Source: Octopus sinensis (taxonomy: Eukaryota). From it: 64,000 bases of DNA. The position numbers were made by a program, and so were the translations under genes. The number at the start of each line of letters is the position of its first letter. The first letter of the stretch is position 1. Positions 37,861 to 52,016 of this stretch are shown here, piece after piece. Under the pieces are notes generated by a model that was not told the DNA's origin, did not search any database, and worked only from the letters and a program-made list of their open reading frames with translations. The stretch is taken from contig NC_043006.1 in the NCBI RefSeq assembly GCF_006345805.1, forward strand, positions 12,152,001-12,216,000, read 5' to 3'.

Positions 37861-40438
37861 ATAGATATTTGTATAAAGCATTTACATACACCACGTTATG
37901 ATACATCAAGTATCGAGCTAGTAAGATCGTATCGTAAATTACGCGACCTCGTTTTGTTATATTATTGCTATATTCGCCATCAACTGACATTAAATCCCAA
38001 CCTGGGAGCTGTTATTATTTTGTAAATAAATGCGTAGTTTTGAGAAGGCATTTCTAATTGATTTTAATATGTAACATGTTTTCTACATGGATGAATCTGT
38101 ACTCCATTTTGAATGTTGTTAGGAAACGTTTTCTTTCATATAACCCGTTATTGCTTTCGTAGCATCGCTCTTTCACATTCCTTGTCCTTGGTAAATCTTC
38201 GGCTTTGGAAAAGAAGTAAAACTTATTAAACATCTATTACGACAAACAGCAATTACTGCAGCAAGTTAGATATATCATATTTTTTGGCTTTCTTACAATA
38301 TTTTAATTATTTCAATGTATAAGGCTAATATTCAATCTATGGATTTCATGTTTTTTTACCATTATCACAATCTGATGTTGTATATTTCTTGTCATATTCC
38401 AGGGGAATATAGAACCACGTGTTAATATATTGAAATAAATTAAAATTTATCGCTTGTTTTAAGCTTTTGTTCATCTCAATGTTATGACATTTGAAGGACA
38501 TTTGTGGGTATAATGTCATGATGTAACATATTACAACGTAGGGGAAATAGCTAAAGACTTCATCTTCACGTCTTATAACTATGTCATTTCAGCTCTAAAA
38601 CTCTGATCTCAACACCGAAAATCTATAAAACATTCGTAAATTCAGCTGCTTTTCGTGGTATACACATCAGATTTGTACGACAGTCCAATGAATAGTTAAG
38701 TAACCTTGTCCTGCAGTGTTAAGGAAAGAATCATTTATACGAATCATTTATATCAATTGCTAGTAAGATATCCCATTTTAACCCAGGCAGCATAACAAAT
38801 TCTAATATCTTAGCGAAAGTTTAGCTGTAAATATTGAAATAGGATATTCAGACAACAACGCAAATGTTACACTCAAGCATAAAATAGCACTTGCAAGTTG
38901 GTTCTTCTTTCAAAAACGAGCTCGCTATCAAAATATCTGTAACAAACACCCAGCGATGAATCACACTTTTTCTTTGTTGACAGCCGATTATATGATCAGT
39001 GTTGTTTAAAAGAAATAAACATGTTAGAAATGAAACAAAATCCTTTTCATCTGTGTTTAGCTTGTTTCAATTTGTTGATTTCTTATCACTCTCTGTAAAA
39101 CACTCCGCCATTATATATGTAAAGCCTAAACTTCCCTTTACTTGGACTTTAGTGCAATAAAAAGAGCATTATTATTATCGTCCATTTAAGTCTTATAACA
39201 GAATCGTTAAAACGTCAGATAAAATACTAAACGTATATCTTGCAGTTCTTCATTTCTAAACTGAAGTCCTGTTGCAGTCAACACATTGACCTATTCCGTT
39301 CCGGTTTCGATAAAATAAAGTAATACTGAAGTACTTCGGTCGTAGTAATAGACTAACCGTCCCCTACAATTTTCAGTTCTATCACCTATATTAGGATCAC
39401 TTATTATGTGTTCTGTAACAACACTTAAACCGGCAACATGGCTGCTTACGCCTGGCAAAAAGTACATTCAAAACCAACATGCACCACCTTGAAAAAAAAA
39501 GAAGCAATAGCACTAACAAAATACATTTTGAAATAAAGAGATATAAGACACGAATATGAATATCAAATATTCATCTATAGAATGAAAGAACACTGACGAC
39601 GGTTAAGAAGGGATTCAAGTTATATGACGTCTTACAAAGGGACGTCCAATACAAAAACAGTCCGAGCTTATCTTATCTTGTCGGCATGTGCCAAGCATTC
39701 TACCGACATATCTAATTGCTATTTTGTGATGTGAAATATACCAATATCTACGGAGTGTCGCAGAGACGATCGATCACATGCAAAATTTGAGCATGAAAAA
39801 ATTCAATACTATTTAGCTCTATACATTTATAAAACTTTATAAGTTTGTAGCATAAGCGTATGTAAAATTTTTGTATAAAAAATAAACAAACATTACACAC
39901 ACACACACACACACATATATATACACGCAATCACACACACGAACTCATACACAGAGATGAATAGATGGTGAGAAAGAAAGAAAGATCCACGCACAGGAAC
40001 GCACACAACTTTGTACGCATGTATTAATAAGCAATAGTTGCAAACCCTGTCATTTGTTTCTAGCAAGTTTTAAAGTACTTTCTCTCTGTCTCTCTACTAC
40101 TCTCTTTCTGTTTCCTCGTCTATAGAAATCGGATGATCTAACCACTTCTGATGACCTTTTCATAACCTTTTCATAACCGACACAACAAGTGCAGACTATT
40201 CGTCAGTCTCTTTTGCAGGTTACATGTAAATTCTAATACAGATGCATAATGACTTATACATGCACAACCCGTTTACTGAAGCAGAGATATATGTGCCTCT
40301 GTGTATATATGTACTCGTATGTATGTGTGCTAGTGTGTATACATAGTACAAATATATATAATATATATATATGTATATATAATTATATATATATTATATA
40401 TATATATATACATACATACATACATATATATATATATA

Positions 40439-40486
<48 letters not shown>

Positions 40487-41789
40487 TATACTAACATATA
40501 TATATATATGAATGGCAATTTTGTCTGGTCTGTTACAATCTTACTTCGTAAAGCAGCGAAATTTTGCATACTTGTTACACTGACATTCAGTTCAATAATA
40601 GGTTAATTGGATTTCGATAAAAAATCTATAATGTGACCCAAGTGGGGTTGGGCGAATAATGTTATAAAATGAGAAGGGTGCAAAAAGTATTAGTGTGAGG
40701 GAAACGTAGTAGCAGAGTAGGTGTGACTGATATCAGGGAAGGAGAGTACAACATTGTGTAATCGACAAATATTGGGTGGCAATGGGATTGTAACGTAAAT
40801 ACAGCTGTTATATGCACGCGACGCTGCATACATACTTCCGTAAATACATAGATACATGCACACATACACACACACATACACACAACTAACTTTGTAAAGG
40901 CCGACGAAGGGAGAGAAAGGTGGGTGTGAAGCATACGTAGCTTTAAGCAGAGAAGGGGTAGGTGGCTTTTCTTCACACATACATATAAATACATATATTC
41001 GGACATACATACATATGCCTACTATACATCATTTTGAATTCTTGATTATCTCTTTGTACGTTTGTAAATGTGCGTCTGTGTGCATGTGTCACGCCTACAA
41101 CTGTCTGTGTGTCTACTTTTGTAGGGTCTTCCTTGTTGCTATCACATATTGTGAGATTTTAAAATTACATCAAAATTTTCAAATTTGGTATATTGAAATA
41201 CTTTTCCACGTTAAATCCGATTTTCTTATTTATTTGTTCCAGAAAATTTGCAGAAAAATGTCAAGCATCTTTAAGGTTGAACAAATTTTACCTAATCAGA
41301 AAACAGGATTTGAAAGCTGGCATTTCCTGCATGAGAGCTATCACAAAATGAAAGCAAAATCATTACGAGGAGGAAGTTTTATTGAACAAACGAAAGCAAG
41401 GCTTTACGACGAAGACCAAAGTTGTAAGAACATCTGAAGATTTAATAAGTGTTAATGAATAAAGTCATGTGAAACGGTGTAGAACTGTGTAGGTATATGT
41501 TGTAATATTAGATGTAGTCATATCAAAAGGATGTCTTATAAAACTATTTTGCACATACAATAACAGCCATACCAACAATCCAACACACTTCTATCATCAG
41601 CTGCCACACGGACATCACTATGGTTTCGACACCTAGGCATTATCATTCAATCCAGTGATGTCAACAGCTCTAAAATAAGTGTTGTTTGGGAACAAACATC
41701 CTTACATATGGTATAAGTTTATAATTTTTGTCTAATTGCCCGGTCCGATGTGTCGTAGCTCTGTCAGGAAGATTTTTCGTTTTGAAGTG

Positions 41790-42010
41790 TAATAATCCTT
41801 TCTATTGAAGGCACAAGAACTGAAATTTGATGGGATGTGACTACTCGTTTACATCAACCCCAGTATTTCACTTGTACTTAATTTATCAACCCAGAGAGGA
41901 TGAAAGGCAAAGTCAACCCCAGCGGAATTTGAACGCAGAACGTAAAGACGGACAGAATGCCGCTAAGCATTTTTCCCGGCGTGCTAACGTTTCAGCTAGC
42001 TTACCGCCTT
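41790..42010 (-). mobile_element. Family A-related SINE (alternative tail)
   Basis: AATAATCCTTTCTA tail, GATGAAAGGCAAAGTCAACC core and GCTAACGTTTCAGCTAGCTTACCGCC head in reverse. Confidence 0.85.
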
Positions 42011-42356
42011 CAATTTTGGAATGTAATAATGAGAACAACATGCCGTTTGTAACGAGGGACATAATAAGTGAATTTATACGTCATTAAAACAATAGGTGAC
42101 AGTGAATGCCACTTTAAATAATATATCCTAACATACGACATGTGTTTCAGAAGGGTGTTAAATAGTTTTCCAGCGCTAGAAAAACAAAGACAAATACGCT
42201 CCAATACGACTAATGGTAGGTGAGTAGTGTTTTGGTTTATTTAGATCCCAAATAGGTGGGGTTTCTACCCGTCTGGGACTGGGTCACTTTGTTTTTTGTT
42301 TTTTTTTTTGTCTCACCAGAACTTATAACTTTCTTTATTAAATGTCCTCTGCGCTC

Positions 42357-42533
42357 AAAGCTGCGAGCTGGCAGAATCGTTAGTACACCGTGGAAAATGC
42401 TTAATAACGGAGACTAATTCTGCCTTTCAATATTTCGGAGTAAATAAGTACCAGTTGTACACTGGGGTCGATGAAATCAACTTACCCGCATCCCCGACAT
42501 TGCTGGTTTGTGGCGTCCTTTGAAACCAATTAT
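42357..42533 (+). mobile_element. Family A-related SINE with internal deletion
   Basis: GCGAGCTGGCAGAATCGTTAG head, AAGTACCAGTTGTACACTGGGGTCGATG and TTTGAAACCAAT tail. Confidence 0.75.
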
Positions 42534-42982
42534 CTCTGCGCTTATACTATATAAATAGTTATTTTTTTTAATAAATTGTAAACATGTTTTAATACATTGT
42601 GTAATGTCTCGGCACCCACAACGTCGATACATAAAGATTTTATCTTGTTTATTTCATTACATTTTGTAACACCTTGCTATATTCTTTTAATAAATACAGT
42701 AGCCGTGCTATGTCTATGAAAATTTAATATCCTTGCATGTAGAAATTGTCTACGATCGATCAAGAAGTTTGCAAACCCCTGTTTCTCAAATTGCGGCTGT
42801 GGGTGTCTTTCTCTCTGCCGCAAATGAAGAAACGAAATACGTCTTGGCCAATGTGTGAATATCAGTGTGCTACACATGGACCTAGAAAAATTCTACCGAA
42901 GTATGTGTTTATAATTTAGAATCGAAGCAGGGAGAGCAACAAGCGGAGATGAAGAAACACAAACACTTCTATGCAACTATAT

Positions 42983-43371
42983 GGAAGCACTCCGTCGGTT
43001 ACGACGATGACGGTTCAGGTTGATCCGAATCAACGGAACAGCCGACTGCTCGTGAAATTAACGTGTAAGTGGCTGAGCACTCCACAGACACGTGTACCCT
43101 TAACGTAGTTCTCGGGGATATTCAGCGTGACACAGAGAGTGACAAGGCCGGCCCCTTTGAAATACAGGTACAACAGAAACAGGAAGTAAGGGTGAGAGAA
43201 AGTTGTGGTGAAAGAGTACAGCAGGGATCACCACCATCCCCTGCCGGAGCCTCGTGGAGCTTTCTAGGTGTTTTCGCTCAATAAACACTCACAACGGCCG
43301 GTCTGGGAATCGAAACCGCGATCCTATGACCGCGAGTCTGCTGCCCTAACCACTGGGCCATTGCGCCTCCA
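42983..43371 (-). mobile_element. SINE family C, 3' variant 1, full length
   Basis: tRNA-like head; a 10-bp TSD GCAACTATAT lies at 42973-42982 and 43372-43381. Confidence 0.92.
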
Positions 43372-43563
43372 GCAACTATATAAGTTTGACATTCAGAGAC
43401 GCTTGCAAATACAAAAGACTCTGGACTGTTATCACCATTGCGGCATAAGTCTGCTGCCCTAACCACTGGGCCATTGCGCCTCCAGCAACTATATAAGTTT
43501 GACATTCAGAGACGCTTGCAAATACAAAAGACTCTGGACTGTTATCACCATTGCGGCATAAGT
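43335..43563. repeat. 113-bp tandem duplication spanning a SINE 5' end and its flank
   Basis: 43335-43447 is repeated at 43448-43560, with AGT at the unit boundaries. Confidence 0.95.
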
Positions 43564-43704
43564 TCAGTATAGATTTTCCATTTCCCAATCCCGCCGAGGT
43601 AAAATTTTTCTCGACGGGTTCCAGGAAAATAAAGTATTTGTCAAGCAAACAGGGTCGAAAATATCAACTAGTCCCCTCCCCGTTAAATTTGGTGAAATCC
43701 TGTC

Positions 43705-43738
<34 letters not shown>

Positions 43739-43779
43739 ACAGAGCGAGACTGACAGGAGGAGCGATAGATAGGTCGTTT

Positions 43780-43838
<59 letters not shown>

Positions 43839-44028
43839 GCAATACATACATATGAAAAGATAGATAGATAGGTGGGGAAGAGAGAGAGAGAGAGAGAGAG
43901 AGAGTGAGAGAGAGAGAGAGAGAGAGAAACAGATAGATAGATACACGCTTCAGGAAAAATGATTACTCACAAGCATATATATGTATATATATGTATTAAA
44001 AGGGATAGATAGTGAGATCGATAGGTAG

Positions 44029-44069
<41 letters not shown>

Positions 44070-46527
44070 TAGCTATACATAGAAAAAAGCCATCTAGCTA
44101 TAGACTAGGAGCAACGTGATTAAATAATGATCAACGAAAATCCTCTGTATCTTTGTTTTCGTCAAAGCTATTTAAAGCAGCATTCATTATTGAAATTGAT
44201 AGAGAAGAATTATTTGAAAGTTGATCGTTTGTATCACAAAGCAACCTGGGTGCTAAATAAAACCTGCGATCTCTCTTTGTTCTTGGCCTGCACTAACGGA
44301 TGAAAGGTTCCATATAAAAATCATGTTTCTTTGCTTCTTTTTCAAAGCATTGTACGCATACAAACGCACACATTCATTTATATATGTATGCACATGTACA
44401 TGTATGTATGTACATATGTGTGTACGTACCTATGTTTGTGATACATAAATGCATGTCTTTCTCTCTCTCTCCCTCTCAATATATATATTATATATATATA
44501 TATATATATAATATTATATATATATATTACATTCACAATTAGATTATTAGTTACTTAAAGACATCAACTAGAGTCTATGGAAACCTTTAGGTTGATAACA
44601 CTACGTGCTCTGATTTCCGATCTGGCTGACCTTTTCAATAATTCAGGCTGCCTTAGGTTGCTATACAACAGCTACACGCTATGCCGAATTTAATAATAGT
44701 ATTTTCTAAGTTTCACTTTCGGCAATAATGGACTCATATTGAATTAAGATCTGCTTGATTGCCCAACGGGATGTCAAGAAGAAGAATTTTCCACAACACT
44801 AAATTGCCAAAAAGAAATCTGATAACAGGATTAGATGATTACTAAGAGAATATAACATTGGAAAACACTGTGGATGCAAGAAAGAACGGCTATCTGCAAT
44901 GATTATAAGTGATACATATACATGCCTATACGTATGAATGGGCATGCGAATGTAACATAAGCATATATGTGTGAGAATGAGATTATATATATATATATAT
45001 GTATGTATGTGTGTATGTACAGACACTAATACATACATGGTCTTAATGATAATCTCTATAGAAGAAACAAAGAAGAAAGATATTCTACACTATTAAATTT
45101 TCGCTAGCTAATACAAGTTATAAAAGATAGGTTTATTTAATTGCGGCACGATGGTTCAAGAATTAAAGAATTAGTGTATATGATTAATCAAGACAGGTTA
45201 GAACTTGATACAAAATACAGGGTGATATTAAGACTATGGATAGCAGCACTTCAAAATGAAGAACGCCATTGTTAATGCGTCTCCTGATAATAGACACACT
45301 TTACAGAGAAAAGATTTATCTTGACAGTGATATATTTAAAAATGTAATAAAAGATACTTTAGCTACAGCACTCATTATAATGTACTTTAAATGATAGGAT
45401 AATGGTGATTTTAAATAACCAGCATAAATATCGATTTATTTTATATTCTCAATTTCTAAGATTCATTTGGAAAGTGAAACAAGAATGCAGGCGACTGCCG
45501 GCTTTCGAGAAACATTTGTGACACAAGAAGGAAGTGTAATAGCTACAATCTCGTTATTATAGGTAGGGTCTTAGCATTCCCTACCCCATGCTATGAACTA
45601 TTACATAAAACTCTAAACTGACAGAATTAAGTCGTATTTTTAAATGCATTCTTTAAATACCTCTAAACGAACGAGAGCGAGTAAAAGCATAAATATTCTC
45701 GAATTAGAATCTGTCCAATGAAAATCTTCTTTCTAAAAGGGAAACAAATATATTTTTTGCTTAGGTAAGACATTTTTCCAATATCGTTTTGCTTTTAAAA
45801 CGAAAGAGTATGACATCCACCAAGAATTTAAAAACACTTGAAAATTTTTCAAGAGACATTTTCATACAAAAGTTTACCATATTAGTTATTTTATTACTTG
45901 CAACTGTCACTTACCCAATTTTATTGATAATAACACGAATTTCTGGCGTTTTTGCTAAGTCATCCATGTTAAGACCATCAAAACAATATTAAATAAAGTG
46001 AGAAAATTTGAAACCTGCCATCTGCTTTCTTTTTTAATCCTTAAGAAAATGGAACATTGCAAAAGAGAAAAAAAAAGTAGTTCTGAATGGACATAAAGAC
46101 AAAACTCTTTAAACACAAGACATAGCCTTCCGAAGTGGAAAATAAGATTAGGATGCATGTTATATATATATATATATATATATGGATAATGTATTTGTGT
46201 ATTTCTGAATATACGTATACATATAGGCATAAACTCGTTCACAATAGCACATACAAACGCTCACTCATTTAGTATTTTATTGACGCCAGTCATTGGGATG
46301 CAACTTTGTCGAGGCAGAGTATTTTAAGGGTTTAGTCAACCACATCGACGCAAGCACGCATCTTACTCCAGCATTTTCGTTTTTATCAACCCACTAAGTT
46401 CATGCACTGAAACGAAGGTTGACAAAGAGTGTTTACTAAAGAGCAAAGAAGAATGAATAACTAAATCTATCGATATATATATATATATATATGTGTGTGT
46501 GTTTGCGTGTGTAGATTTATATAATGA

Positions 46528-46566
<39 letters not shown>

Positions 46567-46567
<1 letters not shown>

Positions 46568-46724
46568 CGAATAAAGGGTTCAAAGTTGGTTCTATGTCAG
46601 CGTGTATATATAATAAATTTTTGCGTAATAAGATAAAAAACCAAGGCTGGTTTTTTATCTTATTACGGAAAAAATTCTTATATACACACACTGATATAGA
46701 ACCAACGTTGAACCCTTTATTCGC
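46567..46724. repeat. Fold-back inverted repeat, 77-bp arms, 4-nt loop
   Basis: GCGAATAAAGGG..AAAAAACCA aggc TGGTTTTTT..CCCTTTATTCGC; abuts (TA)n. Confidence 0.93.
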
Positions 46725-46816
46725 AATATTACCGAATCTGGAACTTAACTATGGTCTGTCTATAGCACTTATTCAGCAATACCTGACACCTTTGGGTTTC
46801 AATGACACCATTATCT

Positions 46817-46862
<46 letters not shown>

Positions 46863-46936
46863 AATATTAGGGAAGAAATCCAAATTTACAGGGGAAAATC
46901 AGATTTAGGATTAAATCCAATTTTATAGTAAAATAT

Positions 46937-47228
46937 TATATAATATAATTCGAGACAAACCCCACTATTTTGCAAAACAAACAAGGAAAGACTTAATCAA
47001 TACATAAAAATTTTTAATATAAAGAAATAAACCGCCACTACAATCGTTTCATGTCTTCATAAATTAAAACAGATTAGGAGATCGAAAATCCACCTGACGA
47101 ATGTCATTGAAGACATGAAACGATTGTAGTGGCGGTTTATTTCTTTATATTTAAAATTTTTATGTATTGATTAAGTCTTTCCTTGTTTGTTTTGCAAAAT
47201 AGTGGTTTTGTCTCGAATTATATTATAT

Positions 47229-47229
<1 letters not shown>
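46937..47229. repeat. Inverted repeat, ~123-bp arms (46937-47059 / 47108-47229), 48-bp spacer
   Basis: The arms are reverse complements with few mismatches; lies between TA-rich tracts. Confidence 0.93.
47090..47132 (+). ncRNA. Minimal type I hammerhead ribozyme motif, core intact
   Basis: CCAC-CTGACGA-ATGTC attgaa GACAT-GAAAC gatt GTA|GTGG: stem I 4 bp, stem II 5 bp, stem III 2 bp, predicted cleavage after 47128. Confidence 0.85.
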
Positions 47230-47280
<51 letters not shown>

Positions 47281-47358
47281 AGTGAGTTGAAACGATGGAA
47301 TATATATATTACATACATGTAATATATATGTATATATATATATATATATATATTTGTG

Positions 47359-47581
47359 CAAGTGGGTGCGGTAAATTTCATGGCTTTAGCTAAAACATTA
47401 TATAGGCGGAGCAGTTAATTACGATTTTATACAACGTATTTCCCTCTCAGATTCACACAAAGCAGGCAGCTGCCCTTCATTTTTCTTTAATCCTTGTAAA
47501 ATAAAAGAACTCAGAATTTTGAACTTACAATCAGGCCTTTTGCGATATCCTTAAAGCCAGAAACTTTTCACTACCCCTTCG
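47359..47581. mobile_element. Possible Tc1/mariner-type MITE with decayed TIRs
   Basis: CAAGTGGGTGCGGTAAATTTCATGGCTTTA versus reverse-complement CGAAGGGGTAGTGAAAAGTTTCTGGCTTTA; partial match only. Confidence 0.4.
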
Positions 47582-47976
47582 AATGTACAAGTACATGCGT
47601 GCTTATCTATGTTCGATTTTCTTTGAAAGCCTTTGAAATATGACGCTAGACTTTATCCTACACCGTATGCAGTGATGACGCGTTGTCCTTTGGTTTGGAT
47701 ATGTCAGATACAGACATAAAGTCGAAGATTTCTATGGAAGCGATAGAGCTGTCGTGTACTTGCGATTGGCACATCTCATAATATACTCGTGCATCCTTCA
47801 CAACTCAGGCGTTCGCAGTCTACGTATCTTACTGTTTGAAGCGTTGAAGGGTCACGCTATTGCGCAGGTTTTTTGTTTGTGGCAACATAAGCAAATAAAC
47901 CAAACACAGAAAGTGGGATACAATATTTCAGATTATATTCAGCCGTATTCAGCCGCTAGTGATAGCCACGTACATA

Positions 47977-48029
<53 letters not shown>

Positions 48030-48546
48030 CTCTCTCTCTCTCTCTCTCTATCTATATATATATATATATATATGCATATATATATATATGTATACATACA
48101 TACATATATAAATATATATATTTATATATATATATATATATATGCATGTATGTATGTGTGTGTGTGTGTGTGTGTTTACATCTATCTATGTACATACTTG
48201 TATATAGGTGTACATATATACGTGGGTGTTGGATATATTGGTTGTGTTGAAGATGTTTTCGATTCGATTGAAGTGTAGTATAGCTAAAAAATTCTTTGAC
48301 TGGAATGGAATAAAATTCCAGGTATTGATGTTTGGTAAGTTCATCGGTCAAGTACACGAGTAGCGCCGTGGAAATTTCCATCTGAAATCAATTCCTTATA
48401 AATAGTTATGCTAGTAATAATATTCACACCTAGAATGCGAACATATAGATGAAAAGCGAAGAAATAGTTGTCTCAGACATGTGTGTGTGTGTGCGCGCGC
48501 GCGCGTGGACATATGCATACATACGTGGACATATACATATATGTGA

Positions 48547-48613
<67 letters not shown>

Positions 48614-48639
48614 CATATATATATAGACATATATATACA

Positions 48640-48673
<34 letters not shown>

Positions 48674-49175
48674 ATATATATATATATACAGAAATACGCG
48701 CACACAAACAAATTCACACACATATGTATATATATGTATATATGTGTATATATATCTATATATATAAATACATATACATACATATATGTATGTATTATAT
48801 TCACACAGGTACGTGTGTATGTATGTTTGTGTGTGTGTATTCGTTTGTGTGTGTGTGTGTGTGTGTGTGTGAGTGTGTGTGTGTGTGTGTGTATTCGTTT
48901 GTGTGTGTGTGTGTGTGTGTGTGTGAGTGTGTGTGTGTGTGTGCCTGTGTGTGTGTATGCGTGTGTACATTCAATTTTCTCCTGCCATGAGAAACAAGAG
49001 ACTTTATCTGAGGTGCCGGTTAGGTGCTCCTGGTGGGGGATGGTGTCTGAATGTTCTGTTCATAATTCGACCCAGAAGAATATGGTTGAATCGTATTCAG
49101 ATAGAATTTTACCGCTACCCACAGAAGTACAAATATGGTCTGACCATTCGAATTTTTGGGCAGTAATGTAAAATG

Positions 49176-49428
49176 TGGAGGAGGCGCCTGACTTGGTGGT
49201 TACGGTGTCAGCACCATGATCATAAGATTGTGGCTTCGATTCCTGGACCGGGCGACACGTTGTGTTCTTGAGCAAAACACTTCATTTCACGTGGCCCCAG
49301 TCCACTCAGCCGGCAAAAATGAATAACGCTGCGATGGACTGGCGTCCCGTCCAGCTGGGGAACACATACGCCATAGAAACCGGGAAACCAGGCTAGGCTT
49401 TATAAAAGGGCGCATTTATTTATTTTAT
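49176..49428 (+). mobile_element. SINE with family D-type head and a different 3' module
   Basis: TGTGTTCTTGAGCAAAACAC domain, then GCGATGGACTGGCGTCCCGTCCAG..TAGAAACCGGGA. A 12-bp TSD TAATGTAAAATG lies at 49164-49175 and 49429-49440. Confidence 0.88.
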
Positions 49429-51389
49429 TAATGTAAAATGAATGCCGTTTCCAAAACAGGGTAGTCACCCATCACCGGTATCAAGGAAAATTTTCTATGG
49501 CGAATAAAATATGACAACGCAACAATTTGCTGGCTGAAAAGGCTAGAACCAAAAGAGCATGACCAGTGTCAAGCAAATAAACTCGTGACGCCAATGCAAG
49601 TTGGTGTACTCTTTCTCATTTACTGCTCTTGTATTTGCAGTAGTTATAAGGGTGAATCCAAAAGCTGGAAATATATGTTCGGAGATTGTGAATGAAAGCA
49701 AGCAAATCCATGCGTAGAACTAACAGTATAATGTCAGATTACTCAATCAATTGAAACTATGTTTACAAGACATTGGCAGAGATGGACTAGACTTGTCATA
49801 CAAGTGCCTGGCCATCCCATGCACAAAAAAACCCTTTTATTCCCCGCTGAGAAAGGAACGATGAGGAGAAGTGTACTTAAAAGAAAGTTGGAAATGTCGA
49901 GAAGCAATATTTAGGAGGAGAGAATTGTTGGATCATAATAAACACGGGACGGGAAATGATAATTTATGATGTGTTCGGAATGGGTCAAACATTTTGACAC
50001 AGAATGTGTCAAACATTTTGACGATCATCTTGAGCGTGGAAATCTCCGAAACGACCAAAATAGTACCGAGTCTCTCGCGAGATAAATAAGTCTCCAATGT
50101 GCGATAGGACAGCCTGCAGTAAGTCCACAAAAGCTAAATATGGTAACGACAATATTAATATTACCTTTAGATTACAACTAATTTCCTATCATATCCACCT
50201 TGCTTTCATATTGCATTTTTATGTAATAACTATTCAGAAGTTTTATAAAGATGTAAGTAGTAACTTTTCGTACGCAGTGAATTAGTATTAATTTATGTAA
50301 TAATTTATATATTTTTATCTTTTTTCTACCAACTTTCTGTGAATACAACTTCATATAATTGCAATTACCATAAGAATTCTTCACATTATTTAAATCTTTA
50401 GTAACTGACAAATAAATATAACATTATTACCATTCTTGCTTTATGTTGTTACTAAAGCAAATTTTTCAGTAAATATTCTGCTTTTAATTAAAAATGTTTT
50501 TATCATTCTGATAAAATTTAGCTTCTTAAAAACGTCTTTCAAATTAGTTCTTTTCACATAATTTTTTTAATGTTGCAAAGGAAATATGCAATGCAGTAAA
50601 ACATCGTTTTTTTTTCTCTCTAATTACAAAATAATTAAATTTAATAGTTGAAATCATATTTAGTCGAAAAAAAATATATAATTGCTTTTCATGTCTAAGT
50701 TTGAATAATGACTTAATTGAAGATATCCTCTAATCGCGATGGAAAGAAAATTATATATGGAATAAAGTAAATTATCAACATGAAATTAAATTTAATATAC
50801 TGTCAGAAACATCAGTAGTAATAACAACAATATTACTGCCATATTTGATGTATAAATGACTTTCGGTTTTTCATTTTTTTTTCAGTAAAATTTCAAACTT
50901 TAACTGTTTTTCATTTTTCATTCTGTCAATTCAAACATCCTCAAATCAACGGTTTACATATTTGCAGAAATTATATTGACATCATAAATTTCAACTTACA
51001 ATCAACACCGAAAATACACAACTGGTACATACAATACACTATATCTTCGTGATTATACTTTCTTCTGGCATAGATTTTGTATTTTATTATTGGTGTTAAT
51101 TTTCATCAATTTTCATTTATTCTAAACAGAATTGGAATAATTCATGAACAAATGGTTGCGATAAGTAATTATACTTATTCTTCTATTTTCATAGCTTATG
51201 AATGTAATTATGACAAAAAATATTATTATAGTTTGAGGCAGGTCTCTTTGTTGGTTATGATCTTGTAATCAGGTAAATGCACCACAATCACCACAAACTG
51301 GGAGAATCTTTACCGCTTCGGACAATATGTTTACTGATATTTCTTCCGATTTTAAGTGCTGTGTTCAAATGCCGTCAGGGTCGACTTTG

Positions 51390-51445
<56 letters not shown>

Positions 51446-51471
51446 ATTGAGATTAGATAATATTCTATTTT

Positions 51472-51548
<77 letters not shown>

Positions 51549-51970
51549 TATATATATGGTATATATATAGGCAAAAATTTAGATTCAGATGAATTAGGTG
51601 CTTAAGTTCAGGCTCCAGAATTTAGTAGGGTATTTTCCATACAATTTCAAAGTAAGGTGATTAAAATCAAAATAAGCAACAGGATATCCAGAGATAATGC
51701 AGTACGATAGTTTCAAGCGATTCTATTCAATTGAACAATGCAACCATTACATCAATTTAAATGCAGAGCAATTAAAACAGATGGACACATTAGTATAATT
51801 TTACCTAAAACCTCAAAGAAGGTAAGGAGATAGACAAAGAAAATGCTGTCTTCACTTCAGCTTAGTAGCTTCAGATCACACATACAGACACACACAGACA
51901 CACATACACATATATACACACGCGCACACACAGTTTGATCCGAATCTGACAATAGTTCGGATTATTACCA

Positions 51971-52016
51971 GCCTGATGAGAAAGGATCCTTTGGGGCCTT
52001 CGAAACTTGAGGTAGC
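51971..52016 (+). ncRNA. Type I hammerhead motif, core intact, short stem I
   Basis: gc-CTGATGA-GAAAGG atcctttgggg CCTTC-GAAAC ttgag GTA|gc. It sits in a ~170-bp unit between CA and TA microsatellites. Confidence 0.68.

Noticed and set aside
41015-41437. 140-aa ORF ending SFIEQTKARL as a GIY-YIG remnant
   Set aside because: Only a vague resemblance to YIGQT; the N-terminus is microsatellite-derived and no other motif is present.
45751-45770. Plus-strand TTTTTTGCTTAG|GTAAGA as another recursive site
   Set aside because: Shorter tract, no clear branch motif, and on the opposite strand to the stronger site; compatible with chance in AT-rich DNA.
49645-50100. Decayed mariner transposase after a TIR-like ATAAGGGTGAATCCAAAAG
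   Set aside because: No matching second TIR or DD34D motif could be established.
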